A DNA stretch of 64,000 nt, taken from positions 21,826,001 through 21,890,000 of the forward strand of contig CM059432.1 in the NCBI GenBank assembly GCA_030390025.1. Reading direction: 5' to 3'. The DNA is from Squalus acanthias. Its lineage: Eukaryota. This document shows, piece after piece, positions 13,463-25,874 of the stretch (positions are counted from its first letter, which is position 1; each line of letters starts with the position of its first letter). The translations under genes were made by a program, and so were the position numbers. The notes under the pieces were generated by a model, which worked only from the letters and a program-made list of their open reading frames with translations, searched no databases and was not told where the DNA came from.

Positions 13463-14716
13463 CAAGTCTTTTACCTATGCCCACGACTACCAATTTGACC
13501 AGTTTCACCATCACAAGTGGCTTGCCTATCTGTGAGATCTCTATCACTGACAAAGCCATTTCTACCCATTTCTTTGTTACCCTCACTATCCACATTCTCA
13601 TTCCTGTACTATCACCTGCCCAAGAAAAACTACCCTGACCTCCCTCTCCAGCACACTCTCCAGTTCCCAACCTTTAGTCCTTTGGCCTTCTACTACCCAT
13701 GATGGCAATGCCTTCAATGGCCTACTCAACAGATAGAAGTCAACACCTTCAGGAGAGGAGGGGAAGAAAGGGGAGAAAATTGGTGAGAGAATTATTAGAA
13801 AAAGAGATAATGGAATCGGTTCCAGCTGGTAAAGGATCAGATGGAAGAACAAATTTGAAAGTCAGTTGTTAAAAATCACCTCTTCATGTATTTTAAACAG
13901 GTCAGACACACTGCATCACCATTCTCTATTTAATTATAGGGACTTATAACCAAACTATAATAGGCCAATCTTTGAAGTAATTATGCAATGGATTTCGATG
14001 GAGTGAAGCATGACAAAGCAATAAAAATAGAGAGAATATGAACCGCAGCCTTTATAAATCAATCCTTTATAAATCAGTATTTTGTTGCCTTAGGCGATGC
14101 TATGGGCAAATCTGGCTCTTTGCACTTGGCAGCATCATTTTGTATTTGTTTACCGAGATTTATAGTCAAACAGCAGGGCAGAAATCCTGCAATTGACTTG
14201 AATGAGTTCAGGCATCACACAGTAGTCTCCTCTGCAGCTTTATTTTTCACATCTCAGGATCATAGAGGGAAAAATTCATGTTCGCCTGCAAAGTTGCCGG
14301 TACAGTTAATGGTCGCTGGAAAGGGCCGCAACGTTAACCGAGTGAAATTGGTCTGGGGGGCATGGAGATAGGTGGCGCAGCGCTCACTTCCCATGCAACA
14401 CCGTCGCGGTGGCGTCGCTGGAGGGATCTGGGATGAAGTTTCTGTCCAGGTTTGCAGCTTCCCACAGCCTCTGTGAGCGAAGCTATAGAGCTTGCAAGGA
14501 ATTGTGGGTAATGAAGAGGTCTGAGATTTAAAGGGATCATGCACACTGAAGCAATACAAAATACAATGCAGTGAATCAGTACATTTTTCAACTCTTTCTG
14601 CCTTTTAAGAAATATTCAATATTTAAAAGAAGTTCCAAATGTGAATATTCAGCTGTTAAAGCTGAATTACCTTCCTAACCTCAACAAATGAGAAGAATAC
14701 CTCAGCACTAACACAA

Positions 14717-15340
14717 ATGGCTCAGCAAGCCAGGGAAGGGGCACCCAGGGTCTCACATGCAGCACTCCAGCTTTGTGCAGAAGGTCAACACTGCAAGAGC
14801 AGCCCTCTACCCACAGGGGCCAGGAGGCCCTCCAGAAAGAACGATGTGGGAGTACATCACTAAGGCCGTCACCTCCACCACCTGGCTCCAGTGCCCAAAG
14901 AAGCTTCATGACCTCAGACCACTGGTCAAGGTCAGTGAATGCATCTTCAAGTGCCGTCTCCTACCAATTGCATCACTAGCCTCACACACTGCTCAATGCA
15001 CAACCCCCAATCACTCACCTACCAACAATCAGCACCAATCAGGAGGCACATCTCCAATTCCTAGCCTCACCTCACCCCCTTGGAGGAGACGGTGCAGGCC
15101 GTTCTTGGCAGGGGCATGATGAACCATTGGCCAGCGGCAGGGCTGAAAGGATACAAGATGCAGGTATCCTTGTACGTTATCCTCCTTCTGGCATGCACCT
15201 CTTGCTTTCCCGCCCTCCCATCAGCACAACTCTACCCTTGTGCCTTCCTCATTTCACATACCCAAGAAATGCAACCTGCCCAGCCAGTGGTTCAACAAGA
15301 AGAGGCAGCCTGCCTAGCCAGTGGGACCACAGGCAGATGA
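14717..15340 (+). pseudogene. Decayed Myb/SANT-like transposon accessory gene
   Basis: MAQQAREGAPR... then (frameshifted) WEYITKAVTSTTWLQCPKKLHDL..VK followed by a GT donor at 14931; LEETVQAVLG resembles WEEAVLEIMG of the inner element. Confidence 0.65.
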
Positions 15341-15480
15341 TTCCATCCCGGATATCCCGGCCACAAAGAGACTTTCTGGGATGCATCCTTCCATCTGATT
15401 CCTCCTCTTCTGCATCTTCCTCTTCTGCGTCTTCCTCTTCCCACTGCAAGCAGATGCTGTAAATGTGAAATGAGGGCATA

Positions 15481-15590
15481 AAATGCTGGAAATACTCAGT
15501 TGGTCAGGCAACATGTCAACCTGAGAAGTGAACTCTGTTTTTCTCTCCACCCATGTTGCGTGACCTGCTGAGTATTCGCAGCATGTTCTG
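15481..15590. repeat. Decayed fold-back relic of a family-A PLE terminal repeat
   Basis: atgctggaaatactcag..ggtca on the left is inverted as tgacctgctgagtattcgcagcat on the right. Confidence 0.6.
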
Positions 15591-16295
15591 TCTTCTCAAA
15601 GGCCTTTATTTACTACCCGAGCCCTTGTAAGCATCCAGCAGCACTCCCTACACACTTAAAAAAAAATTCACATCTATTGCAGCAAACCACCACTTCAATA
15701 AAAAACCCTTAAATTCAAACTTACCTGAATGATATGTGTGTGTCCCTTTAAGAGCTGCAGACATCGGGCAGAATTTTCATTGACCCGTGGAGGCGGGTTT
15801 GGAGGCGTGTGGGGGGTTAAAATTGCGAAAACTGGCGGGCGGGCACAAGCCCACCTCCATCCTGCCTCCACGCAATTTTCATTAAATCGTGACTGCTGGT
15901 CCCGACTCCGTCCCGCCTCCAAGAGGCGGGATAGGCCGTTAAGGCCCTTAACAAGCACTAAATTGCCTCTATAATGCCATTTTGAAAGGCCTTTGTGATT
16001 TTAACCCTTTTTCCACATGAAGCACGCCTGTTCTGAACCACGAATGTGAAATCTAGCGGTAGCACATTTGGATTGCTGACTATCAGCTGCAGCTCAACCA
16101 TGAAATAGGAGATGTGATCAGCCATCATTTGCAGTTGGCAGGACTTTGTTGTCTGAGGTCTGGGGGAACTTTTATATGGCATAATCACAGCTGTGGAAGT
16201 TTGGAGCCTGACACCCATCTCCAGTGTGACCTCCTGGGATACCCCTCTCGCCACCTTGACTGAGCGCTTCCTCAACTGAGGCATATACCAGAAGC

Positions 16296-16517
16296 ATGGG
16301 AACCATTCATTTCCTTTCCTCCTGGACATCAGATTCGGACGAAGACCAGCCGTGGCAGCAGCAGAACCATGAACAACAGCACCACCAGCAGCAGCAGCAT
16401 CAACAGGAGTGCCAAGCTGCTCCTCATCCACCTGAAGCTGCACAGGCCAGAAGACGCCAGCGTGCGACCACATTGCTGCCCGAGATGCAAGGGACGCACT
16501 TAACCAGATTTGCTTAG
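16296..16517 (+). pseudogene. Probable remnant of the transposase ORF (start fused to end, catalytic core missing)
   Basis: Convergent with the Myb gene; low-complexity Q/H-rich start followed abruptly by IAARDARDAL in another frame. Inference; no DDE motif visible. Confidence 0.4.
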
Positions 16518-16762
16518 CCTGCACAATCAAACACTTTTGCCTCACACCTTCTTATCAGACCATCGACAATGGCCAGGAACCTGTGGATTCCTATCACTCT
16601 GACCACCATACTGACAATTGCAATTCATCCTAAGCCCTCAATGTGGAAGTCCCATTTGCGAAATGACAGATGCCACAACTTCAGCAGTTTGCCAGCAGAA
16701 TTTTTAATCACACCAAGCAAGTGCTGGCATTTCAAGATTAAACACAACATTACATCCAAGTG

Positions 16763-16985
16763 GATAGCAAAATACTGCGGATGCTGGAAATCTGAAATAA
16801 CAACAGAAAACGCTGGAAAAACTCAGCAGGCCAGGCAGCATCCGTGGAGAGAGAAAGAGAGTTAACGTTTCAGGTCGATGACCTTTCATCAGAGTGTCAT
16901 CGACCTGAAACGTTAACTCTCTTTCTCTCTCCACGGATGCTGCCTGGCCTGCTGAGTTTTTCCAGCGTTTTCTGTTGTTATTTCA
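16763..16985. mobile_element. Fold-back PLE terminal-repeat insertion (family A)
   Basis: 30-bp tail, 90-bp arms 16793-16882 and 16896-16985, 13-nt loop; TSD cattacatccaagtg at 16748-16762 and 16984-16998. Confidence 0.9.
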
Positions 16986-17089
16986 TTACATCCAAGTGAC
17001 TACCCTTGTGACTACTTGTGCATTATTTTTCTTTTATGCGTGCTCCTACATGGTGCTTCCCCTGTGGCTTCAGCAGATGTAGAGGCCCC

Positions 17090-18977
17090 TTACTCACTTT
17101 CTTGCTGCTCCTGCCTCGACACCTTTGGCGGGCGTCCTCTGGGGTTGCGAGCCTGTGAGGGCTCGGCAACAGTCTGCTGCTCCTGCGGCTGTGCAGGGGT
17201 TGAGACGCCGATCTCAGTTGGGTGAGGACTCTGGTGGGGCTCCGACCGAGGGCTTTGCAGTGGCTTGGTCGTGTGAGCACTTGGAGAGGAGCCCCCACTT
17301 CCTTGTTGTCTGCCACCAACATCCCTCCCATGGGTCAGACCCACCTCAGCGCTTGCAAGTGGATTGAGAGCACCTTGCTGCACATCAGGGGGGCCATGGG
17401 GACCCGTATCTGCACTGGAAGTCCTACTCAGAAGGACTTCCATGAAGGTCTGGTTTCTGTGTTCAATAGATGACCATCGCTCCTCAAGAGATGCCAGTCT
17501 ATTCTGAACAATGACCATGTTTTCTACACTCTGGCGACTTATCACCTCCATAGCCGTAGCCATCCTCTCCTCTACTGTAGCCAACCTTTCCACGGTGGTT
17601 GCCATCCTTTCCGTGGTGATGCGTTCATGCCCCAATGACTCCACAAAGGCTCTGCTCATGTTCGCTATGGACTTCTCCATTCGCTCCACACTCACAGCGA
17701 GCCTGGAGACAAAACCTGCCAGAGACTCCTGCATCTGTTTCTGGAGTTCCAGCACCGCTGATCTTATGGATGGACCCAGAGACAGAGGGTCGACATGCAG
17801 CTGAGCTGAGCTAGGAGAGTCCTGCGCCCTCCGACTAGGACTCTCCACTGCTGTCCCTGTCTCCACTATCTGCTGATGCTCACTTGTGAGCTGTGATACA
17901 CCAGGTGACAACACTACTCTATCTCGCGATGTTCCCTCCGAGCTGTGAGTGTCTGCGCTGGTGCTGGGTGCACGGAATTCTGCTGACGCTGCGCCCTCAG
18001 AGGTTGCAGCTTCCTCTGAGGAGTCATGAGGCTCATGCTCTTAATCCTGGATGGTGGGGACGGCTGCTCGCGATGGTCCTGAGGGGGAGTAAAGGAAAGA
18101 GTCAGAGATGTTAATCCAAGGTTACATGCACATTGCATATTGCAGATGATCATAAGTCAGTCTGCTGGAGCATCAGAATCATTATCAGTGACTCATGCAA
18201 TGTCAATGAGAGAGATGATAAACTATTCTGTCACCAGCTTGCTCTGATGCACCCATCTGTCCGTCCCCCACTTGCGCATCCTCCTCCACTCCCATGATCT
18301 CCAGGACCGCCTCCTCCCAGGTGGTGAGCTGGGCTACTGAGAGTGGCCCTCCTCCTGTCCTCGCTCTTTCCCTCTTATTGTGTGCTCTCTTTTCCTGCAA
18401 TGAGGGAGACAAGTGGAGTTTGAGTGAGAATGAAGGAGTGAGTGTAGAGAATCTATATCATTGATGGTTAGAAGGAGACAAATTCGGAGTGAGATGGCAA
18501 GACCATGGGCCCTCCCTGTGTGTTTTAAGTTGTTTTGATAGCATCACAGCGATAGTGAGTGTGAGGGTTGCATAGTCGAATAGTTAGGTGAATGTGACCA
18601 TGCAGAGAGAGGGAATGGGTAAGGGTGCAGGGATGTCAGTGTCAAGTGGCATGTGGAGGAAGAGGTTGTCAAAGTTGAGTGCTGGTGAGGAGAGGCAATG
18701 GGGATCAGAATGAGGGTGATGGGAAATTCATACTCACTTTTCCAGTGTGCAGCAGGTCATGAAACCTCTTCCTGCACTGCAGCCAGGTTCTGCGGGTTAT
18801 GGACAACGAGTTGACCTCCTCTGCCACCTGGATCCACACAGCCTTGGTTTGATGGGAAGGCTTCTTCCTCCCTGAAGAAGGGAAGAGCACCTCCTTATTA
18901 GCTCTGGCTCCCTCAATTAAAGCTTGCAGGGCAACGTCATCAAATCGAGGTGCAGACCTAGGTCTCTGGCTGGCCAT
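17090..18977 (-). pseudogene. Three-exon Myb/SANT-like DNA-binding protein gene (Harbinger accessory protein) with one premature stop
   Basis: Exons 18977-18738, 18394-18235, 18078-17090 with GT-AG introns in matching phases (0, 1); motifs APRF...W..VAEEVN...RTWLQCRKRFHDL and HNKRERARTGGG; in-frame TAA at 18043-18041. Confidence 0.85.
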
Positions 18978-20849
18978 TCTTCCTGCAGGTGCCTCTAACA
19001 TGCAACGGCAGAAGCTTGGCAGTCTGCAGAGGAAGCAAGGCTTGTTGCAGACCTTAAATGCTGCAGCAATGATGACATCATCGGAAGCGACTTTCAGACT
19101 GGAAAAACTCACTGGCCATGGGTTCCCACACGTTGGAACTCAATTGGCCAATTATGTTAAAATCGCATCAATCTCCCACATCGATTTAGATTCAGGTGGC
19201 TAACACAAAATGCGGATTACACGACCCCAACCCGCCCCGTATCAAAATCCAGCCCATCGCCTCTGTCAGCCACTGTCAGGCCTGCTTGCACGCTAGGTTA
19301 ACCTGGCATGATTAGGACCCAGTGCTAAATTCCGCGTTAGGGTCAAAGTTCGCGTTGGTGACGGAAAGTCGGAGTTGCTGGTGAAATTCTTCTTTTGTAG
19401 AAGAAAAAAGTGACAAAGTATATGGTAAGCATATGTGCCCAGAAAGAGAAAAATTAGTACTAAATAAAAGAAAGGCCCAGAAAGTGGAACACAAATAATT
19501 ACAGAATGGAAAGGAAGTAAAGAAACAGTTGCAAGAAGAGAGTCACCATTTTTTTGTGTGCCTGTTCAACATGTCAGGACTTCAGCCATATTCTATATAA
19601 AAGTGCATTGTACGTTATGTGGTATACCATTCCTGTCATTATAAAAGATTGCATTCTCTCACTCACTGTGAGCAATGCCATGGGAAATCTGTTAGTTCTT
19701 TCACTGAGTAAAAAGACGGACTAGAATCGCTAATGTTGGTTCTTTACTATCCATTTTATTTGTCTATTCTTTTGTAGCCTCAAGCACAAAGCAACAAACA
19801 CAGCAAGAGCCTAAAATACCACTGCGTGCATCAAATGTTATGTGCTATGAAGCTATTGAAAACAGCACAGGATGCATGTCAGACTAAACCAACATCCATA
19901 TGCAATGCACAGCTATTTGTCTTTGTAGCTCTCGAATACCAAACATAGGCTAGGTATTCAATTGATTTCAAAAATAAATGTTAAACTAATAACCCAGAGC
20001 ACTAACATTTCCAAACAGCAGGTAGGAGAGACCTTTTGCACACAATTTGCAAAACACAGACATTAAACACAGTCCCTCGTGCTCTCTCAAGTATGTGGCT
20101 TAACTTTATAGGGAAACAGGTGAGGCTGGATGAATGCAGCCTGAAAAGGCAAAACAAATGTTATAGCAATAAAAAAAGTAAAAGCACAATAAATTTATGC
20201 ACAAATTTGATATTTTTTGTTCCATGTAAGGAGCAATACACACAGAGAAATATTCAGATTCCATGAGGCTATAAACGCCAGCAACACCCATAGTTTATTA
20301 TATGTGTAAACATGTCCAAAGCTAACAGGTTTCTAAATTGTGTTGTAATAGAATTTACTGCTGTGACACATACTCCCCATTATAAAGGGCAAGCATAGGC
20401 TTTTGAAAAATGTCACTTCCAGAATATCCGTCATCAGTGAGTTCTGGACTAGTGCTAAATTGCATGCCTGACAATTATGGTTTCCACCACTTGAATGTGG
20501 AGGGAAGATTTCCGCTGTTTACTTAGAAAAATTCTGGAATTCCGATTGGAAGCCAGGGCTCAAGTTGGGCTGATCATACCAATGTATGAAAATGCTGGAC
20601 AGGAAAAGACCAACTGGTCCATTGAGACTGTCCCATAAAGTTAAGTTGCAATTGAGCATCACGATCCTCAATGTCCCCCACTCAGCAGCAGCCAAGTAAT
20701 CTCCTGCAAGAGTAAAAAAAGATTGAACATTTTTTTTAAACCAATTCAGGGGGGAAAAAAATGATCTGGTATATTCCTTTCTCAACCCAACTTACCTTTT
20801 ATAAGCTGTGATATCAGCCACAGCCAGGAACTCGTCCAGCTCCTTTCTC

Positions 20850-21350
20850 AATGCTTGCAGCGAATATGCAACCACTGCACGAGTCAGCAACTTGTTCCAA
20901 TGGTGAAGTGACCCTCCGTGAAAAAATAAACCTCCTGACATCTAGCCTAACATCAATGCTTATATAACCTACATGCATGGCTCCTAGTTCTTCCTAACCT
21001 ATCTAATTCAAATTGTCTATCCACATGGACACAGTATAGTCCCTTTATTATTTTAACAACAACTTGTATTTATATAGCGCCAGTAACGTAGTCCTGAGGC
21101 GCTTTACAAGAACATCCAGAACTCAATCATATCTCCGCGAAGTCTAAGCTTTACTAGAGTAAAAGGACCCAGCTCTCTAAGCCTATCGTAGTAGCTGAGG
21201 GCTTTTAAGCTCGGTATCAATCTAGTGTCACTCCTCTAAGCTTTTTCATGGCCTCTACATTACTCACCATATGAGGGACCAAAACTGGACACAGTATTCT
21301 AGGTGAGGCCTAACCAAAGTCTTATGCAAGGACAATATTGTTCTTTTTGT
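20850..21350 (-). mobile_element. Old CR1 3' fragment
   Basis: ccaaaactggacacagtattctaggtgaggcctaaccaa is the reverse complement of the LVRPHLEYCVQFW coding sequence. Confidence 0.65.
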
Positions 21351-21369
21351 TTTCTATTGGATTGAGTCA

Positions 21370-21670
21370 ATCACTAGAGGTCATAGACTTAAAATCATTG
21401 GAAAAAGATTTAGATGGGAGATGAAGAGAAATGTTTTTCACTCAGAGAGTTGTTGGGATCTGGAATGCTCTACCTGAAAAGGTGGTGGAAGCCGATTCCA
21501 TAAATAATTTAAAAAAGGAGTTGGACAGGTACTTAAGGATGAGGAGCTTACAGGGTTACGGACACAGAGCGGGTGTGTGGGACTAAGCAAGACTGCTCTT
21601 TCAAAGAGCCAGCATAGGCACAATGGGCCGAATATCCTCCTTCTGTGCTGTAAGCTTCTATGATTCTATG
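21370..21670 (+). mobile_element. CR1 3' fragment
   Basis: actagaggtcatagacttaaaatcattgg...ttctatgattctatg tail. Confidence 0.85.
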
Positions 21671-22483
21671 AAAATCGGGTGTGGTTGCTAATATTGAAGA
21701 CTACCTCCTGTGCCTTAGCTGTGATGGATATCTCCATCTATCACTGAATGAAAGCAGCCAAGGCGTGGAAGTAAAAAGAATAACAGAAGTTGGTTAAGTC
21801 ATTAGTAAAAACTTATTGCCGAAATTAATCGCAGAAGAAACATTCACTGTGTTACCTCAGCCTACATCTCATCTTGCTCTGTCTGGCATCATATATTGTA
21901 CACAACATAGATACATTGGCATGTCCCCACGCCAACCACAAAACCTCCCATGGGCTGGCAGCGAGGTTCCATCACAGATAATGACTAAATCCAGTCTCTG
22001 GGGTGAACCGTCACCAATTGAGCAAACCGTTTCAGTTATTTTGGGTTTCCTCAGAGGCCGCACAGAGAGGGATCTTGTCATTTCATTGGACAGAGATCTA
22101 AAACTAACTTATGATGTACCGAAAAACACTGGTGGGCAGAGCTTTCTCCTTGAGATCGGCTGAAATTACACCAACCGTATAAATGATTCCTAGTGATTTA
22201 CTTAATAGTCATTTAATTCATCGGTATAATCCTGCAAGTTTCAATTTTATAAAACACCTTCAAAATACCTTTATTATGAGCTTCAGGGGTGAACGAATGA
22301 ATTGATGTGTTCATTTACTGCTACTTTAACAAAGGTGAATATTTTAAATGTAGATTACGAATATCGCACCGACCGATTTCAGTCTCAAGAAGTTTTCAGA
22401 AGAAAGTTTCATTGTTTAGATTTGAAACAATATTTTTCCCCCAGAAAAAACATAGCATTTTATCAGCGATCTAGTATGCTGTC

Positions 22484-23160
22484 GGAAGCCTTCAGAATGG
22501 CTCCGCAAGTTCTGGGTTTCTGCATGCGCTGCACATGCGCGAAAACCGGGAGCTTGCGATCTGTCGGGTTTCGCTTGGCCAGATCGTCCGCATGCACTAC
22601 AAATTCACCCAACTACTGCCCAGCGACTGCCCACAAAACCCTTACGGCTGGTAAAAGCCTTCTTTTACCAGCGAAAGGTTAAAATAAATGTTAAAATAAA
22701 TTTTTTAAATGATTTAAACATACACTTACATTTAACATTAGTTTATGTAAATGTTGGCCTGTTTTAAAATGTTTACATTTATTTTTCAAAAAATGTTAAT
22801 TTTTATTTTAAATGCTTAATTAAAGCGTTTGTAAAATTAATTTTGAACATGTGATCATTTATTTTTATTTAAGTGGTGAGAAATGTTATTTATTTGGGGA
22901 TTTCTATTATGCTTATGGGGATTCTGTTCGTAAATGGAATCCTCATAAGCATCATCGGAATCCCCCTTTTTGATTGATTAGGCCTGGCCCACTTGTTCCC
23001 AGGAACACGTGTGAACCTCATGCGCCCCTGGGATATGTGGGCCTTTACGCAGGTGCAGGACCGCAAGAGTTTGAAGCTCCGGAGACACCAGGTAAGTTCG
23101 TATTTTTTTTCAGTTCGGAGGAGTATGCGGCGGCAAGCCTCTAACCGCAATTTCCAGGCC
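22484..23160. mobile_element. Non-autonomous DNA element (GC-rich ends, AT-rich core)
   Basis: Right end aatttccaggcc; same layout as MITE family A; left end uncertain. Confidence 0.55.
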
Positions 23161-23172
23161 ATCTTATTTTTA

Positions 23173-23295
23173 AAAATGAGAAGTCGCACAACACCAGGTT
23201 ATAGTCCAACAGATTTATTTAAAATTACAAGCTTTCGGAGCTATCGATCGCCCCTTCTTCAGGTAAAGTTACAATGAGTGAATCTCCGCATCATG
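23173..23295. mobile_element. Family-B PLE terminal-repeat insertion (collapsed hairpin)
   Basis: Matches 30655-30760; TSD atcttattttta at 23161-23172 and 23296-23307. Confidence 0.85.
23225..23266 (-). ncRNA. Minimal hammerhead ribozyme motif (family B)
   Basis: UUAC CUGAAGA A GGGGC-gaucgaua-GCUCC GAAA GCUU GUAA: intact core, stem I UUAC/GUAA, palindromic AAGCUU at stem III. Confidence 0.8.
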
Positions 23296-23312
23296 ATCTT
23301 ATTTTTAGTAAT

Positions 23313-23730
23313 AGCCTGGCTCAGTGGTAGCACTCTCGTCTCTGAGCCAGGAGGTTATGGGTTCGAATCCCACTCTAGAGACTTGAGCACAAAATCTAGG
23401 CTGATATTTCAGTGCATTACTGAGGGTGTTCTGCACTGTTGGAGGCGGCATCTTTTGGATGAGACATAATTCTGAGACCCTGTCTGCCCTCTCAGGTGGT
23501 ACTACTTTGAAGAAGAGCTGGGGATATCTCCCTGGCGTCCTGGCCAATATTTATCCTTCAACCAACATCAGTAAAACAGGTCATTATCTTATTGCTGTTG
23601 ATGGGACCTTGTTGTGTGCAAATTAGCTGCCATTTTTTCTACATTACAACAGTGACTGCACTTTAAAAGTATTTTATTGGCTGCAAAGTGCTTTGGGATA
23701 TCCTGAGGTTGTGAAAGGTGCTATATAAAT
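23313..23730 (+). mobile_element. Near full-length tRNA-derived DeuSINE-like (SacSINE1-like) SINE
   Basis: A box tggctcagtgg, B box ggttcgaatcc, body shared with several other copies, tail gtgctatataaat. Family name is from recalled consensus similarity. Confidence 0.85.
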
Positions 23731-23733
23731 AAT

Positions 23734-23820
23734 AAAGCTGGAAATACTCAGCAGGTCAGGCAGCATCTGTGGAGAGAGAAACAGAGTTAACGTTTCAGGT
23801 CGATGACCTTTCATCAGAAT
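23734..23820 (-). mobile_element. Family-A PLE terminal fragment with hammerhead core (23785-23820)
   Basis: CUGAUGA A AGGUC-auc-GACCU GAAA CGUU AACU; the 5' strand of stem I is imperfect. Confidence 0.75.
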
Positions 23821-24644
23821 AATATATTGTTGTTCTGGCCATTTATCAGTAAATTTCAGTTCTCAGAAACTGACCAGCTGTAACAGCCTTCGACATTTGT
23901 GCTATGGAATTGCTCCTTTCTTATTTATTTACATTCAATGAGGTTTCTTGAAAACTATCTTTTTCATTCTCTGCAGTTTCTTCCCTCATTTTCTGAAGGT
24001 TCTGGTTTCCCGGGTATATAAGCTTCCATGGCCCCTAGATGCTCTCCAGTACCTTGCACAAGTGGACATTCTTCATGTATGAGCCTTGACAGTGAGTATG
24101 GGCTGGCTGTTACACATTGGAGTGTGTCACAGCTGAGCCCAGCCCCATCCTCACCTGACCTCCAGCCACAGGCACTTTCCAACAGGTGTCACCGGATATC
24201 AACGTTGAGTAGGAATTCTGGCTGATTTATTTAGAGGACATGGGATCAGAGTAAAACACTACTCAGGTTGAAGGGCTGGCTCTAGCACAGGTGACGATTG
24301 CCTAAATGAACTCTTTCTGTGCTTTGATTCTCCAGACAGCTTTTGCCATTCCCTTTCTTCCATATTTCAGGTGGCTCTGGTGTGCGGCAGGAAACTGGCT
24401 GGGCATCTTGTACCCCATCAATCTTCACGTTGCTAGATTTTCCATCAGAAGTGACAGATATGGGGGTATGTGTTCAAAGTGGGTCGTAATGACATAGTAA
24501 AATCAGACATCATAATTGCCATCATTAGAAGTATAGAACTATTGAAGTTTACAGCACAGAATTAGGTCACTTGACCCATTGTGTAGGTACCAGTTCTTTG
24601 CTACAGTAATCCCACTTTTTTTTATATTTGCTGTAATCCCTTTT

Positions 24645-25102
24645 TTTATTCTTTCATGGGATGTGGGTATCGCTGGCAAGGCCAGCATTTATTGCCCATC
24701 CCTAATTGCCCTTGAGAAGGTGGTGGTGAGGCACATTCTTGAACCACTGCAGTACTTCTTTGTAGCAGTTTGGTACCACTGAATGGCTTGCTAGACCATT
24801 TCAGAGGGCAGTTAAGAGTCAACCACATTGCTGTGGGTCTGGAGTCACGTGTAGGCCAGACCAAGTAAGGACAGCAGATTTCCTTCCTTAAAGATCATTA
24901 GTGAACCAAATGGGTTTTTATGACAATCCGATAGTTTCATAGTCACCATGGTCATTCATGACACTAGCTTTTTAATTCCAGATTTATTTAATTAACTGAA
25001 TTTAAATTCCCCGTGCTGCAATTCGAACTCACGTCTACCAGATCATTAGTCCAGACCTCTGGATTACTAGTCCAGTAACATAACCACTACGCTACCGTAC
25101 CC
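24645..25102 (-). mobile_element. tRNA-derived SINE, second family
   Basis: Minus strand starts gggtacggtagcgtagtggttatg...gagttcgaatt (A/B boxes); inverted homologue at 57954-58432. Confidence 0.8.
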
Positions 25103-25874
25103 TGCTTTATCCCTATAGCCTGCATGTTCTTCTGCTTCAAACTTTTACCACTTTTCTTTTCAAATTATCAACACTGGATGTAAGGAACACCAGTATATCA
25201 CTGCTGTCCAGCTCTGCTATGGCAGATAGAAGGGAATTTAAAATTTAAAAGGCCCCCTACAGGATTTCAGTTGGTCACTGGGGAATTGGTTGCAAGTTTT
25301 ATATTTATTTCAAAGATCACCCTCCTCTTCAGCTGACACACAGGGAGTCGGCCCCACTCTGCTACTGCAGGCGCTCGAGGCCTGCGGCAGCCATTTTTCT
25401 CCCCCCCATGTCCAGGCGGGTTCCTTGCCTCAGTTGGGAATCCTACCAAGAGCCCACCTGAATAAATGCAAATGAAGCTGACCCCGGAAAATCCGTCAGG
25501 GCACGGTTTGAGAAGTCAGGCGGCCTCGAAGCCCTTGATTCCTGCTTCATACTGACTTTCTGCCAAAGTGGAATATGCCAAGTCTTATAGCTGTAAGCTT
25601 TTCTCATGTCATTGGGCCAAGTGATCTGCCATGATAATGGATTGTACAAGAAGTTGTGAGTCGTTTCTTGGTTGATATTGTAAACCAAGCCTGTGATGTA
25701 TAAATGTTACATGAACATTTTTATTATTACTTTATGAAAAGGGGTCATGTGAGTCTGCTAGTGTCAAAGTGAACAGCATGAGAGTGATATCAACTAAATG
25801 CTATGACAATAGGCATACTGACAAGTATATTAAATTAAAAGGGATTTGTTTTGGTGGCAGCCTTCCAAGTTAAT

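Larger units (their letters stand above)
15766..19255. mobile_element. PIF/Harbinger-type transposon, internally deleted, retaining a Myb/SANT gene
   Basis: TIRs gggcagaatttt / aaaatccagccc; TSD atc on both sides; both ends are shared with 49272-49886. Confidence 0.85.
14265..19392 (+). mobile_element. Older Harbinger-type element hosting the 15766-19255 insertion
   Basis: Left end gagggaaaaattc; decayed Myb/SANT remnant inside; sequence resumes after 19258 and ends near gaaattctt (degraded TIR). Confidence 0.55.

Noticed and set aside
12063..13670. Overlapping Pro/Gly/Ala-rich ORFs
   Set aside because: They arise from GC-rich non-autonomous elements and C-rich repeats; no domain signal.
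16793..16985. miRNA precursor or TIR-type MITE
   Set aside because: The long TSD, asymmetric tail and identity to PLE termini explain the hairpin better.
19401..19424. 24-nt plus-strand micro-exon (tttgtag|...|gtaagc)
   Set aside because: The pyrimidine tract comes from a transposon end and no partner exons were found.
23313..23390. tRNA gene
   Set aside because: The A/B boxes continue into a multi-copy SINE body, so this is a SINE head.
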